DNA of 46,104 bases from Candidatus Vogelbacteria bacterium. GTDB taxonomy: Bacteria; Patescibacteriota; Minisyncoccia; Phycocordibacterales; XYD1-FULL-46-19. Positions 37,283 to 45,575 of this stretch are shown piece after piece; position 1 is the stretch's first letter; each line of letters opens with the position of its first letter. Both the position numbers and the translations under genes were made by a program. Under the pieces are notes generated by a model. It worked only from the letters and a program-made list of their open reading frames with translations. It searched no databases and was not told the origin of the DNA. The DNA is taken from assembly GCA_023267075.1 (NCBI GenBank), contig JAHFNY010000003.1, forward strand, positions 1 to 46,104. Direction: 5' to 3'.

Positions 37283-37573
37283 TTAGGTTCTTGTGCATAC
37301 CCCTTCCCCCGAGACTTGCTGTTGATCCAACCAATTCTTCATCTCTGGTAATAGTCTCTCAAATTTGTCACCCTTAACAAAGATGACAAAGTTTAACTCA
37401 GGGCCACTAGACTCTAGAGTTAAGAGAATCTGATACCCCAACCCGGGGTCTTTTGAAGTTAAAGTTGAGATGAGAGTTTTTCCCTCTTCAACATCTTTCC
37501 GATTCATGTGGATTAGCGTCTTGTTATAAACAAACGCCTGAAATTTACCGACGATATCTTTTAGATTATTCAC
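37283..37573 (-). CDS. Orphan small protein
   Basis: AAAGGAGGT SD before GTG 37573. Confidence 0.55.
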   Translation of the reverse strand: MNNLKDIVGKFQAFVYNKTLIHMNRKDVEEGKTLISTLTSKDPGLGYQILLTLESSGPELNFVIFVKGDKFERLLPEMKNWLDQQQVSGEGVCTRT

Positions 37574-37654
37574 TTTTCTCACCTCCTTTCAAAAGTAGGT
37601 TAAGTTTAATCGCCAACTTGTAGAAGACCCTTCTACTTTAAGTCTAGCGCACTT

Positions 37655-37725
37655 TCGGGCTGCCGGGAATCGAACCCGGTCTATACCCACCCCATGGGCA
37701 CGTACTACCGGTATACTACAGCCCG
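37655..37725 (-). tRNA. tRNA-Pro(GGG)
   Basis: CGGGCTG/CAGCCCG-A acceptor; TGCCC-AT GGG GT-GGGTA anticodon arm. Confidence 0.9.
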
Positions 37726-37845
37726 TAAACACGCCAAATGTAACACGTTTTTCAGGATTTTTCTAGAATTGGACGGCGGGGCCTTTCTTTCGGTATACTG
37801 CGGTTAGTTAGTTATTTTGCCACTCATACTAAGAGGGGAAATCAG

Positions 37846-38262
37846 ATGGGTAGACATTTTTGTCGCAATGGATGTCGTGGTAATGGGAAGAATCAGAGGA
37901 CTATTAGGAGAATTATCTGGGCCTCGGACCATCCTCTGGGAAAGGAACAACTCAAGGTATTGCAAGAGCTTCATCCTGATTTGCGGGTAAACTGGGATCC
38001 AGGTCTTATCGGGAATGACTGCGATTCCGCGGTCAAAGCTTTAAGAAAATGCCATGATGCCTTCGTGTATCTGGTGTGCAGTAAGGCTCAAAAGACAGTG
38101 TTGGATCTCGAGTGTGGGCGCGATCGGAGTTTGTCATACGGCTTTTTCTCAAAAGTCAGGCATAATGAAGGTCGGGAGAACTTTGATTTTGTTTTTCAAG
38201 TTTCCCACGGCGAAATGGAAGTGGTTTGGGAACGCAGAAAATGTTTGGCCGAGGTTGTGTAA
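37846..38262 (+). CDS. Orphan Cys-rich protein
   Basis: GAGGGG SD; TATACT upstream; GCCGGAGCGC hairpin terminator at about 38268-38292. Confidence 0.55.
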   Translation: MGRHFCRNGCRGNGKNQRTIRRIIWASDHPLGKEQLKVLQELHPDLRVNWDPGLIGNDCDSAVKALRKCHDAFVYLVCSKAQKTVLDLECGRDRSLSYGFFSKVRHNEGRENFDFVFQVSHGEMEVVWERRKCLAEVV

Positions 38263-38330
38263 TATTCCGCCGGAGCGCGCTTTGCGCTCCGGCATTCTTT
38301 TTTGTTAGGATAGATTGTTCGGCGGGTTTA

Positions 38331-38356
38331 CCCGCCGGAGCTTTAGCGGAGGCGGG
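38331..38356 (+). repeat. REP-like palindrome overlapping the tRNA-Gly 5' end
   Basis: CCCGCC-GGAGCTTTAGCGGA-GGCGGG. Confidence 0.7.
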
Positions 38357-38422
38357 ATTAGTTTAGTGGTAGAATGCCAGTTTTCCAAACTGGAGATGAG
38401 GGTCCGATTCCCTCATCCCGCA
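38352..38422 (+). tRNA. tRNA-Gly(UCC)
   Basis: GCGGGAT/ATCCCGC acceptor; CCAGT-TT TCC AA-ACTGG; T-loop TCCGATT. Confidence 0.9.
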
Positions 38423-38449
38423 TTTATAAGCTTTTAAAATTAATTCAGA

Positions 38450-39277
38450 ATGAAACAGTTTGGCTATGTGAATGGGCAAATGGTTAAGATAAGTGAGCCC
38501 CAGGTTAAATTAAATGATCTCGCGCTCTTGCGAGGATATGCCGTGTTTGACTTCGTTAAAGTTATTAAAGGCAAACCCCTTTTCTGGCCGGAGCATTTAG
38601 CCCGGTTCCGTCGCTCGGCCAAGCGCCTTGGCCTCGCGATACCCAAAACTGATGCTCAAATTACCCTTGCGGCTAAAAGCTTAATTAAGAAAAATAATTT
38701 TACCGCTGGGAGTTTGCGTTTAATCTTAACTGGTGGGGAAACTGCTGATGGTTTGACTCCTAGTGGTAAAACTGTCTTTGCTATTTTGGCGGAGGATAGT
38801 TACACCTTGCCGGAGCCAGTATTTAAAACTGGTGGTAAATTAATTACTGTCGATTATGAGCGTCTTTTCCCCAGTGCTAAAACGACTAATTATCTTTTAG
38901 CCGTCAGCTTGTTGAAGAAAAAGCTTAAAGCCGGAGCCATAGAAATATTGTACGTGAAAGATAACCACGTGTTTGAAGCTTCTACCAGCAACTTCTTCCT
39001 TGTTTTTGGCAATAAAATTGTCACGCCTAAAGATGGCGTTCTCCCTGGGATTACTCGCGCTAAAGTAATTGGTTTGGCTAAAAAGTTGGGTTATAAAGTA
39101 GAAGAGCGGAAAATTAAAGTTAATGAAATTAAACGGGCAAGCGAGGCCTTCCTCACCGCCACTAATAAAGATGTCGCTCCCATCATCAACATTGATGGCC
39201 AGAAAATTGGCAATGGTAAAGTGGGGGAGGTGACTAAAAGCTTATTGAAAAAGTATCGTAAATTAATTAACAGTTAA
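38450..39277 (+). CDS. PLP-dependent class IV aminotransferase (D-amino acid/branched-chain type)
   Basis: LLRGYAVFD, EHLARFRRSA, AKTTNY, EASTSNFF, LPGITR, EAFLTAT. Confidence 0.9.
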   Translation: MKQFGYVNGQMVKISEPQVKLNDLALLRGYAVFDFVKVIKGKPLFWPEHLARFRRSAKRLGLAIPKTDAQITLAAKSLIKKNNFTAGSLRLILTGGETADGLTPSGKTVFAILAEDSYTLPEPVFKTGGKLITVDYERLFPSAKTTNYLLAVSLLKKKLKAGAIEILYVKDNHVFEASTSNFFLVFGNKIVTPKDGVLPGITRAKVIGLAKKLGYKVEERKIKVNEIKRASEAFLTATNKDVAPIINIDGQKIGNGKVGEVTKSLLKKYRKLINS

Positions 39278-39334
39278 TTAACTAAAAAATCCGCCCGAGG
39301 GCGGATCCTTTAGATAGTGGTCCAAAGATTATGG

Positions 39335-39607
39335 TTATTTAACCGCGTCTTTGAACGCTTTCGCGGGGCGGAACTTTGGCACCTTCATGGCGGCAACTTG
39401 GACCGAGGCGCCAGTGCGCGGATTGCGCGCGGTGCGCGCGGCTCGTTGCTTAACCGAGAAAATGCCCAAGCCGGCAATGGAGACCTCGCCGCCCTTCTTT
39501 AAAGTGCCAACGATGGAATCAATGACTTTATCTACGGCTTGCTCGGCTTGCACCTTAGTGCCGCCTAAAACCTCGTGGACAGCATCCACAATGGCCATTT
39601 TATTCAT
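39335..39607 (-). CDS. hup: HU DNA-binding protein
   Basis: VSIAGLGIF, RTARNPRTG, VPKFRPAKAFKDAV. Confidence 0.93.
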   Translation of the reverse strand: MNKMAIVDAVHEVLGGTKVQAEQAVDKVIDSIVGTLKKGGEVSIAGLGIFSVKQRAARTARNPRTGASVQVAAMKVPKFRPAKAFKDAVK

Positions 39608-39728
39608 AAAAATAAATTGGGCTTACTTTTTAATAAGACGACCTAGTTTTCTCCACCTGTTTTAAGTATATAACTGGCCCTTTTTAAGCGCAATAGAGCC
39701 ATATTTTAGCGGGGATAAGTGAAAATAC

Positions 39729-39820
39729 TTGACTTTTAATCTGATATATGCTAAGATTAAGCAATAGCATTAATCAGCTCTGTTCCTTGAAATTGTTTCT
39801 ACGCCACCATTCAGGCGATT
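39729..39820 (+). promoter_or_regulatory. Cassette promoter plus shared leader, copy 1
   Basis: TTGACT-N17-TAAGAT; AGCATTAATCAGCTCT..TTGAAATTGTTTCTACGCCACCATTCAGGCGATT. Confidence 0.75.
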
Positions 39821-39891
39821 ACCGAGAGGTAGAAAACACTTACGGTCATAATGACTGTAAGTAATTGCCTGATGGCAAGGAGAAAATAGTT

Positions 39892-40116
39892 ATGAGTGTG
39901 AGGCATCCCAAAGTGACTGGCACCAAGAGAGCCGACGTGGCTCTCTTCGGGGATGAGGAGGCCAAGAAGTATGGTCTCCACCCCCGTCGAACCGGCCGAG
40001 CCGGTCGAGGGAAAAAAAGAAGTTACCCCGACGACCGGGATGATAATTTCCCGGCCGCGGTGAAAAATCGTTCCTGGAAGAGGTATCGCCTCTTCCAGAG
40101 AAGAAAGGGGAAGTAA
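39892..40116 (+). CDS. Small basic protein, phage-like
   Basis: AAGGAG SD; C-terminal PDDRDD...RSWKRYRLFQ. Confidence 0.65.
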   Translation: MSVRHPKVTGTKRADVALFGDEEAKKYGLHPRRTGRAGRGKKRSYPDDRDDNFPAAVKNRSWKRYRLFQRRKGK

Positions 40117-40118
40117 AA

Positions 40119-40394
40119 ATGGAAAGGAAATTTATGATGGGGACCGTGGCCTTCTTCCACGGTTTGGACATCACCAGGCCAGCGTCAACTGGCCTGGACA
40201 CCGTAGAAAATGTGTTCGAGGTAGAGGGAGAAGAAGAATTCTCCTATCTCGGACACTGGGTTGTAGGACTCGGTTTCCTCGGGGTCAAATTCCCCAAGGA
40301 AACATCCCGAAATCTGACGGCGGATGAAGAAGAGTTTTGCCGTCAAAAAAGCATAATCATCGGGGGTAATAAAATACCCCTGATGGGAAGGTAG
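40119..40394 (+). CDS. Small acidic orphan protein
   Basis: Starts 2 nt after the upstream stop; purine-rich SD. Confidence 0.65.
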   Translation: MERKFMMGTVAFFHGLDITRPASTGLDTVENVFEVEGEEEFSYLGHWVVGLGFLGVKFPKETSRNLTADEEEFCRQKSIIIGGNKIPLMGR

Positions 40395-40401
40395 ACAACA
40401 A

Positions 40402-40584
40402 ATGAGTACAAAAATGATCTTTGTCCTTTCGGTTGCGACCTCCGTGGTCGCAACTATGATTAGTACTGTCGGCTTTTGGGCTGCTGGTTTCCACCCCATA
40501 ATGGGGCAGCTGGTTAGCACACCAGCCGCTCTGATTATAGGAGTCATGGCGGGGAGAGCAGCCGCCGTAAAAAATTTTAAGTAA
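40402..40584 (+). CDS. 60-aa protein with two TM helices
   Basis: Hydrophobic; last ORF before the terminator. Confidence 0.55.
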   Translation: MSTKMIFVLSVATSVVATMISTVGFWAAGFHPIMGQLVSTPAALIIGVMAGRAAAVKNFK

Positions 40585-40603
40585 TCACTAAGGTGGTTAC
40601 TAC

Positions 40604-40638
40604 CCGCGCCGAGAGCGAAAGCTCCGGCGCGGTTTTTT
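40604..40638 (+). terminator. Cassette terminator, copy 1
   Basis: CCGCGCCG-A-GAGC-GAAA-GCTC-CGGCGCGG-TTTTTT. Confidence 0.8.
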
Positions 40639-40704
40639 ATTTCTCGGTTTTTGTTTTAACGTTTACTTTTCCTTTTATATGATAATCTTATTGTATTAAT
40701 TAAC

Positions 40705-40791
40705 TTGACAAATATATTATCTTATGATAAGATACAGGTAGAGCATAAATCAGCTCTTTGAAATTGTCTTTACCCCACCAATCAGGGGATT
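40705..40791 (+). promoter_or_regulatory. Cassette promoter plus shared leader, copy 2
   Basis: TTGACA-N17-TAAGAT; AGCATAAATCAGCTCTTTGAAATTGTCTTTACCCCACCAATCAGGGGATT. Confidence 0.75.
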
Positions 40792-40833
40792 CTGTTCCCA
40801 ACTGTTGGTCCTAAATGAAAAAGGAGACGAACT

Positions 40834-41277
40834 ATGAAGACCCTGATAACGAACGCATTTTCCCTTAACATGCTTGGAATTTTTCCGTCACAGATTGTGG
40901 TGGCAGAGATTTCCAAGGAACTTGCCACCGCACTCGCCACTTCAGCTTCAGCGGAAAGTGTTGTTGGTCATTTCGACACTGCCAAGTTGTTTAGTAGTGT
41001 GTTGGGAATAGAAATACCTGCCAACCGAGTGACCGTCACTCTTACCAGCGAGGAACAACTTCTCGTTGGTCAATACCGTGGTCCACGGTTGCCGGAAGGA
41101 ACGACTACTCTTCCTGAGGGAGCCACAATCCAATGGTTCCTGGTATATCTTGTGTCGTACACTCCAGATAGGGACATTTGCATCCACTGTAGCCACGATA
41201 ACGGGATTATCCACCCCGGTCATTGCTGGGGAGAGCACCGTGTCGGGATGGATTGTTGTTACTGCGGTGGTAACTGA
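40834..41277 (+). CDS. DUF1874 (STIV B116/YddF/AcrIII-1) ring nuclease family protein with Cys/His-rich C-terminal extension
   Basis: NAFSLNML, SVVGH (His46), NRV and GPRLPEG motifs of the family; AAGGAG SD. Confidence 0.85.
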   Translation: MKTLITNAFSLNMLGIFPSQIVVAEISKELATALATSASAESVVGHFDTAKLFSSVLGIEIPANRVTVTLTSEEQLLVGQYRGPRLPEGTTTLPEGATIQWFLVYLVSYTPDRDICIHCSHDNGIIHPGHCWGEHRVGMDCCYCGGN

Positions 41278-41315
41278 TAACTAAGGAGGATATTAAGTAA
41301 AAAACTGTTAATTTG

Positions 41316-41353
41316 CCGCGCCGGGAGCGAAAGCTCCTCGGCGCGGTATTTTG
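41316..41353 (+). terminator. Cassette terminator, copy 2
   Basis: CCGCGCCG-GGAGC-GAAA-GCTCC-T-CGGCGCGG-TATTTT. Confidence 0.75.
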
Positions 41354-41373
41354 TTATTCTAATTTTTAGATTT

Positions 41374-42903
41374 CTAACGAGCAAACTCAATGATCCGGGT
41401 CTCGCGCATCACTACTACTTTGATTTCACCCGGGTACTTAAGTTCTTGTTCAATCCGGACGGCGACCTCGCGGGCGAGTTTGCGCGCTTCCAGGTCGGTA
41501 ATCTCTTCCGGTTTAACGAAGACCCGGATCTCCCGGCCGGCGGCAATGGCGTACGTCTTCTCAATCCCTTTAAAGGTATTAGCAATATCTTCTAAGTCTT
41601 TCAGCCGTTTCAAGTAATTCTCTACCGAGTCGCGGCGAGCGCCAGGGCGCGAGCCCGAGATCTCGTCGGCCACTTTCACGATAATGGATTCAATCGTTTC
41701 ATATGGATATTCCTCATGATGAGCTTGCATTGCTTTAATCACCGCCTCGCCAGCGCCAAACTTCTCTAAGATCCGCCGGCCAATTTCCACGTGGGTACCA
41801 GGGACTTCATGATCCACGGCTTTACCAATATCGTGGAGGAGAGCGCCGGCTCGAGCGACTTGAATATCGGCACCCAACTCCTCAGCAATCATGGCCGCCA
41901 GGTGCGCCATCTCAATGGAGTGTTGGAGCACATTCTGGCCATATGAGGTGCGGAAGTGGAGTCGGCCCAAGATAATTAAGATTCGCGGGTCCAAGTTTAA
42001 GACGCCGGCTTCATAGGCAGCTTGCTCGCCCTTCTCTTTAATAATTTTAGAAATGTCTTCTTTAGCTTTATCTACGGTTTCTTCAATCTTGGCCGGTTGG
42101 ATCCGACCGTCTTTAATCAAATTCTCCAGCGCCACCCGGGCAATTTGCCGGCGGACTGGGTCAAAGGAGGAGAGGACGATGGAGCCAGGGGTGTCATCAA
42201 TAATTACTTCCACGCCAGTCGCTTTTTCAAAGGCTCTAATATTGCGCCCTTCTTTGCCAATAATCTTGCCTTTAATATCGTCGGAGGGGATGTCTACGGT
42301 AGTGGCCATCACTTCTGGCACAGTGGAGGAGGAGAGACGCTGAATGACCGAGGCCAAGATGTCCCGACCGCGTTGTTCTAAGCGCTCGGCGCCAGTGGTC
42401 TCTAATTTTCGCATTCGGACTATCAAGTCTTCTTCGGATTCTTGTTCTACGGCTTTCAAAAGTTCGGTTTTGGCCTCATCTTTGGTTAAATTACTTACCC
42501 GCTCTAATTCTTTAGTTTTATCTTGAGCGAGTTGGGAGACCTTTTCTTTAAGCTCTTTAATTTCTTCGGCCTTTTTCTTCAGACTATCGGCCTCTTGATC
42601 AATATCGGTCTGGCGCCGATCTAAGAGCTCGTCTTTCTTTAGAAGGCGATCCTCCAACTTTTTAAGTTGGGTTTCTTTTTCCTCATTTTTGGTTTTAGCC
42701 TCGGTGAGGATTTTGGTCGCTTCTTCTTCTGCTTCTTTAGTAATTTGCTGGGCTTGATCCTTGGCTTCAAGCATGGCTTGTTTCACCGAGAGCTCAAGCG
42801 ACCCCTTCTGGCTTAAGGTGACGAGCCAGCGGAGGAAGTAGCCAATGACCACACCAGAAAGACCGGCCACGCCGGTAAGGAGGATAATGGTGACTAAGTT
42901 CAT
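41374..42903 (-). CDS. rny: Ribonuclease Y
   Basis: TM helix, coiled coil, KH (KGKIIGKEGRNIR), HD (RTSYGQNVLQHS, LLHDIGKA). Confidence 0.96.
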   Translation of the reverse strand: MNLVTIILLTGVAGLSGVVIGYFLRWLVTLSQKGSLELSVKQAMLEAKDQAQQITKEAEEEATKILTEAKTKNEEKETQLKKLEDRLLKKDELLDRRQTDIDQEADSLKKKAEEIKELKEKVSQLAQDKTKELERVSNLTKDEAKTELLKAVEQESEEDLIVRMRKLETTGAERLEQRGRDILASVIQRLSSSTVPEVMATTVDIPSDDIKGKIIGKEGRNIRAFEKATGVEVIIDDTPGSIVLSSFDPVRRQIARVALENLIKDGRIQPAKIEETVDKAKEDISKIIKEKGEQAAYEAGVLNLDPRILIILGRLHFRTSYGQNVLQHSIEMAHLAAMIAEELGADIQVARAGALLHDIGKAVDHEVPGTHVEIGRRILEKFGAGEAVIKAMQAHHEEYPYETIESIIVKVADEISGSRPGARRDSVENYLKRLKDLEDIANTFKGIEKTYAIAAGREIRVFVKPEEITDLEARKLAREVAVRIEQELKYPGEIKVVVMRETRIIEFAR

Positions 42904-43092
42904 GGTAGTTTTTAAGGCCTACCGACCTCTAAACCTCTTTAGGTACGGGGCGACAATGACTTTGTGGACAAATTCATTAACATGAGAGTTAAAAAGTTTA
43001 GGGTAAGTAGAGCTTGACGTTTTACGCTATTAATTTAAGGACCCCTCTATCGTAACAGACGAGGGGATTAATGTCTAGTGAAGCTTAATTAT

Positions 43093-43674
43093 TTAGTGTT
43101 TGGGCTTAACGATCTCGTCAATGATCCCGTACTTTTTGGCTTCCTCCGCAATCATCCAATAGTCGCGCTCGGCGTCTTTCTCAATTGTGGGCATAGTCTG
43201 GCCTGTGTTCTTGGCCAAGATCTTGTTTAAAGCTTCTTTGGTTCTTAAAATGTGTTTAGCGGCGATAGCAATATCAGTGGCCTGACCTTCTACCCCGCCC
43301 ATTACTTGGTGGATCATTACTTCTGAATTAGGGAGGCAAAAGCGCTTATTTTTAGTCCCGGCTGAAAGGATTACGGCCGCGGCGGAGGCGGCGATACCCA
43401 CACATACAGTAGAAACATCAGGCTTAACGTGATTCATGGTGTCTAAAATAGCAAGACCGGCGGTCACTGAACCACCGGGTGAGTTGATGTAAAGGGTAAT
43501 ATCCTTCTTAGGATCTTCTGACTCCAAGAATAAGAGTTGGGCAATGACTAAATTGGCGGTGTGATCATCAATTGGGCCACCCAAAAAGATAATCCGCTCC
43601 TTTAAGAGACGGGAATAAATATCATAGGCCCGCTCGCCAAATTGAGACTTCTCAATAACTGTGGGAATTAACAT
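43093..43674 (-). CDS. clpP: ATP-dependent Clp protease proteolytic subunit
   Basis: [34 protein letters not shown]. Confidence 0.97.
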   Translation of the reverse strand: MLIPTVIEKSQFGERAYDIYSRLLKERIIFLGGPIDDHTANLVIAQLLFLESEDPKKDITLYINSPGGSVTAGLAILDTMNHVKPDVSTVCVGIAASAAAVILSAGTKNKRFCLPNSEVMIHQVMGGVEGQATDIAIAAKHILRTKEALNKILAKNTGQTMPTIEKDAERDYWMIAEEAKKYGIIDEIVKPKH

Positions 43675-43685
43675 AGATTTTGATT

Positions 43686-44549
43686 TTACTCCTTTTTACT
43701 CTCGCCTTCAAGTAGCTGCCAAATCTCGTTCATAGTTTTTAAATTTTCTTGTTTAGCAATCTCGCTGAAGATTAAACCAAATTTAGCCCGCTCCAGGGCT
43801 TGGTCGCGCCAGTCAGCCTTTAAATCAGCTTCCGTTTTCTTTAGATGTTTTAAGTAGTCATCAAACTTGATGCCAAAGTGAGCAGTATTGTGTTTAAATT
43901 CAGCGAGCATCTTCTCTAATTCGCCCTCGATTATGATTGAGGGTAAATCTAAAGTCATCGCACTGGTGATGGCCTGCATAATTTCTAAACGCCGCTTTTC
44001 TTTAGCGCCATATTCTTTTTCTAATTTTAAATTATTTTTGATTTTCTCGGGCCAGTCTTCTTTCTTCACTTCCGGATTGGCAATGTTCTGCTCTTCTAAT
44101 TCTTTAATGATTTTTTCTACCTCCTCGGCTTTTACCTCTTCTACTACTAGAGGATTGGCCGTAATTTTACCGGCCAACTTTTTATAATCCGGTAGTTTAA
44201 CTTCCGGATAAATAGCGGTGATGATAGTAAAACCAAGAGGATTATCGACAGCCAGTTTGGTAAGACTAATTTCTGGTTGGCCAAGAGCGTCAACCTTCTC
44301 TTCTTTAAGTATCTCCGGGTAAACTTGGCGGAAAGCTAATTCTGCCATCGTGGTGAGTACTTTGCCTTCACCAATTGTTTCCACCAGCAATTTCTCCGGC
44401 GCTTGGCCGGGGCGGAAGCCTTTAAGAGTTACCTTCTGACCCAATTCTTTAAGCGCCGCTGGGCGATAACTCATAAATTGCTCGGTTGGGACCTCACCTT
44501 TAAGCTCTACCCGCGACTCTGACAAATTTTTCTTCTCTACTTTGATCAT
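43686..44549 (-). CDS. tig: Trigger factor lacking the FKBP domain
   Basis: GFRPGQAP ribosome-binding motif; only 287 aa; lies before clpP. Confidence 0.85.
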   Translation of the reverse strand: MIKVEKKNLSESRVELKGEVPTEQFMSYRPAALKELGQKVTLKGFRPGQAPEKLLVETIGEGKVLTTMAELAFRQVYPEILKEEKVDALGQPEISLTKLAVDNPLGFTIITAIYPEVKLPDYKKLAGKITANPLVVEEVKAEEVEKIIKELEEQNIANPEVKKEDWPEKIKNNLKLEKEYGAKEKRRLEIMQAITSAMTLDLPSIIIEGELEKMLAEFKHNTAHFGIKFDDYLKHLKKTEADLKADWRDQALERAKFGLIFSEIAKQENLKTMNEIWQLLEGESKKE

Positions 44550-44618
44550 GTTTGGCTAGAATAAACAAAAAACCCAATTTTGGCAAATTGGGTTTTTTGT
44601 TTCCTATTTATCTGATTT

Positions 44619-44906
44619 TTACTGGGCGGAAGTGTTGAGCTCGGTTTGAATGTCGTTTACACCGGCATCAAGGTTGTTTAAATTAGTCGCGTTAATCTCT
44701 TGTTTAACAGCAGTAGCCTCAGTGGAGGTGCTCTCTGGTCCTAAGTCTATATCAGAAGGGGGAGTGGTGGCGGTCATCTCACCGCTTAATGAGGCATTTT
44801 TCTGATTTAGGAAGATATAGACGCCGCCCACAATGAGCAGGAGAATGATGACAATAATACCAAGAATCGGACCCTTAGGCTCTTTTTCAGTTGAGAGATT
44901 ATCCAT
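44619..44906 (-). CDS. Small membrane-anchored protein
   Basis: One N-terminal TM helix; hairpin terminator at about 44568-44598. Confidence 0.7.
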   Translation of the reverse strand: MDNLSTEKEPKGPILGIIVIILLLIVGGVYIFLNQKNASLSGEMTATTPPSDIDLGPESTSTEATAVKQEINATNLNNLDAGVNDIQTELNTSAQ

Positions 44907-44918
44907 ATTATTTATTAC

Positions 44919-45557
44919 TTAAATAAGTTTAATGGCTTCGACTAATTTGACGTGAATATCTTTAATATCTTGAATGATGGTAGAAACAGCCTCGTGAACC
45001 GCTTTAAACTGGGCAGGGACGGTGGTAGAAGCGGTGCTACTTGCCACAATAAGGCTAATTTGATTGGGTAAATTGTTGACTAAGACTTGAGTGGAGTCAA
45101 TCATCGTTTTTGCTTCCCCAAGTTTGGTCTCAATTTGGCTGGCATTAGTTACGGGATTAGAAGAAGTAGCTCGTTGATCAAGAATAAATTGAATCCGAGT
45201 GATAAAACGACTTTCTCGAGCGAGAGCGGCAGTGAAGCGAGCAACGAATTTATCAGCTAAAGCGCCAATGCGCTGTTCTCGTAGATCACGGATTTTTAGT
45301 CGGGCCTCGTCGCGGATTTTTAAGCGATCGTCAGTATTGGTAGCATTTTTAAGATCATCATGGCGATCCTCTTTAGTGTCCTTAATATTGCTTCTAATCT
45401 CTTCCACTTTCTGACGGTATTCTTCCCTAATTTGTTGGAAGGAACTAGGGGTAGTGCTTGAGTTATTATCTTCGGCTAAAGCTAAAACTGGAACCATAAC
45501 TGGAGTAAGAACGAGACTGGTCGTTACTAACCCCGTGAAAAGTTGTTTGGTAGTCAT
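44919..45557 (-). CDS. Secreted helical hypothetical protein
   Basis: Signal peptide plus coiled coils. Confidence 0.7.
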   Translation of the reverse strand: MTTKQLFTGLVTTSLVLTPVMVPVLALAEDNNSSTTPSSFQQIREEYRQKVEEIRSNIKDTKEDRHDDLKNATNTDDRLKIRDEARLKIRDLREQRIGALADKFVARFTAALARESRFITRIQFILDQRATSSNPVTNASQIETKLGEAKTMIDSTQVLVNNLPNQISLIVASSTASTTVPAQFKAVHEAVSTIIQDIKDIHVKLVEAIKLI

Positions 45558-45575
45558 AATATTTTAAGCTTAAAC

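Noticed and set aside
9129..38356. CRISPR array formed by the CCCGCC..GGCGGG repeats
   Set aside because: Copies are dispersed, with no regular spacers and no cas genes
22559..41277. Prophage
   Set aside because: No capsid, terminase, tail or phage integrase; the orphan units are interleaved with core genes
40604..41346. Integron attC sites
   Set aside because: The hairpins lack RYYYAAC/GTTRRRY boxes and have T tails like terminators; the recombinase lacks the IntI insertion
43686..44549. tig pseudogene
   Set aside because: Continuous ORF with N- and C-terminal domains; loss of the FKBP domain is an in-frame reduction
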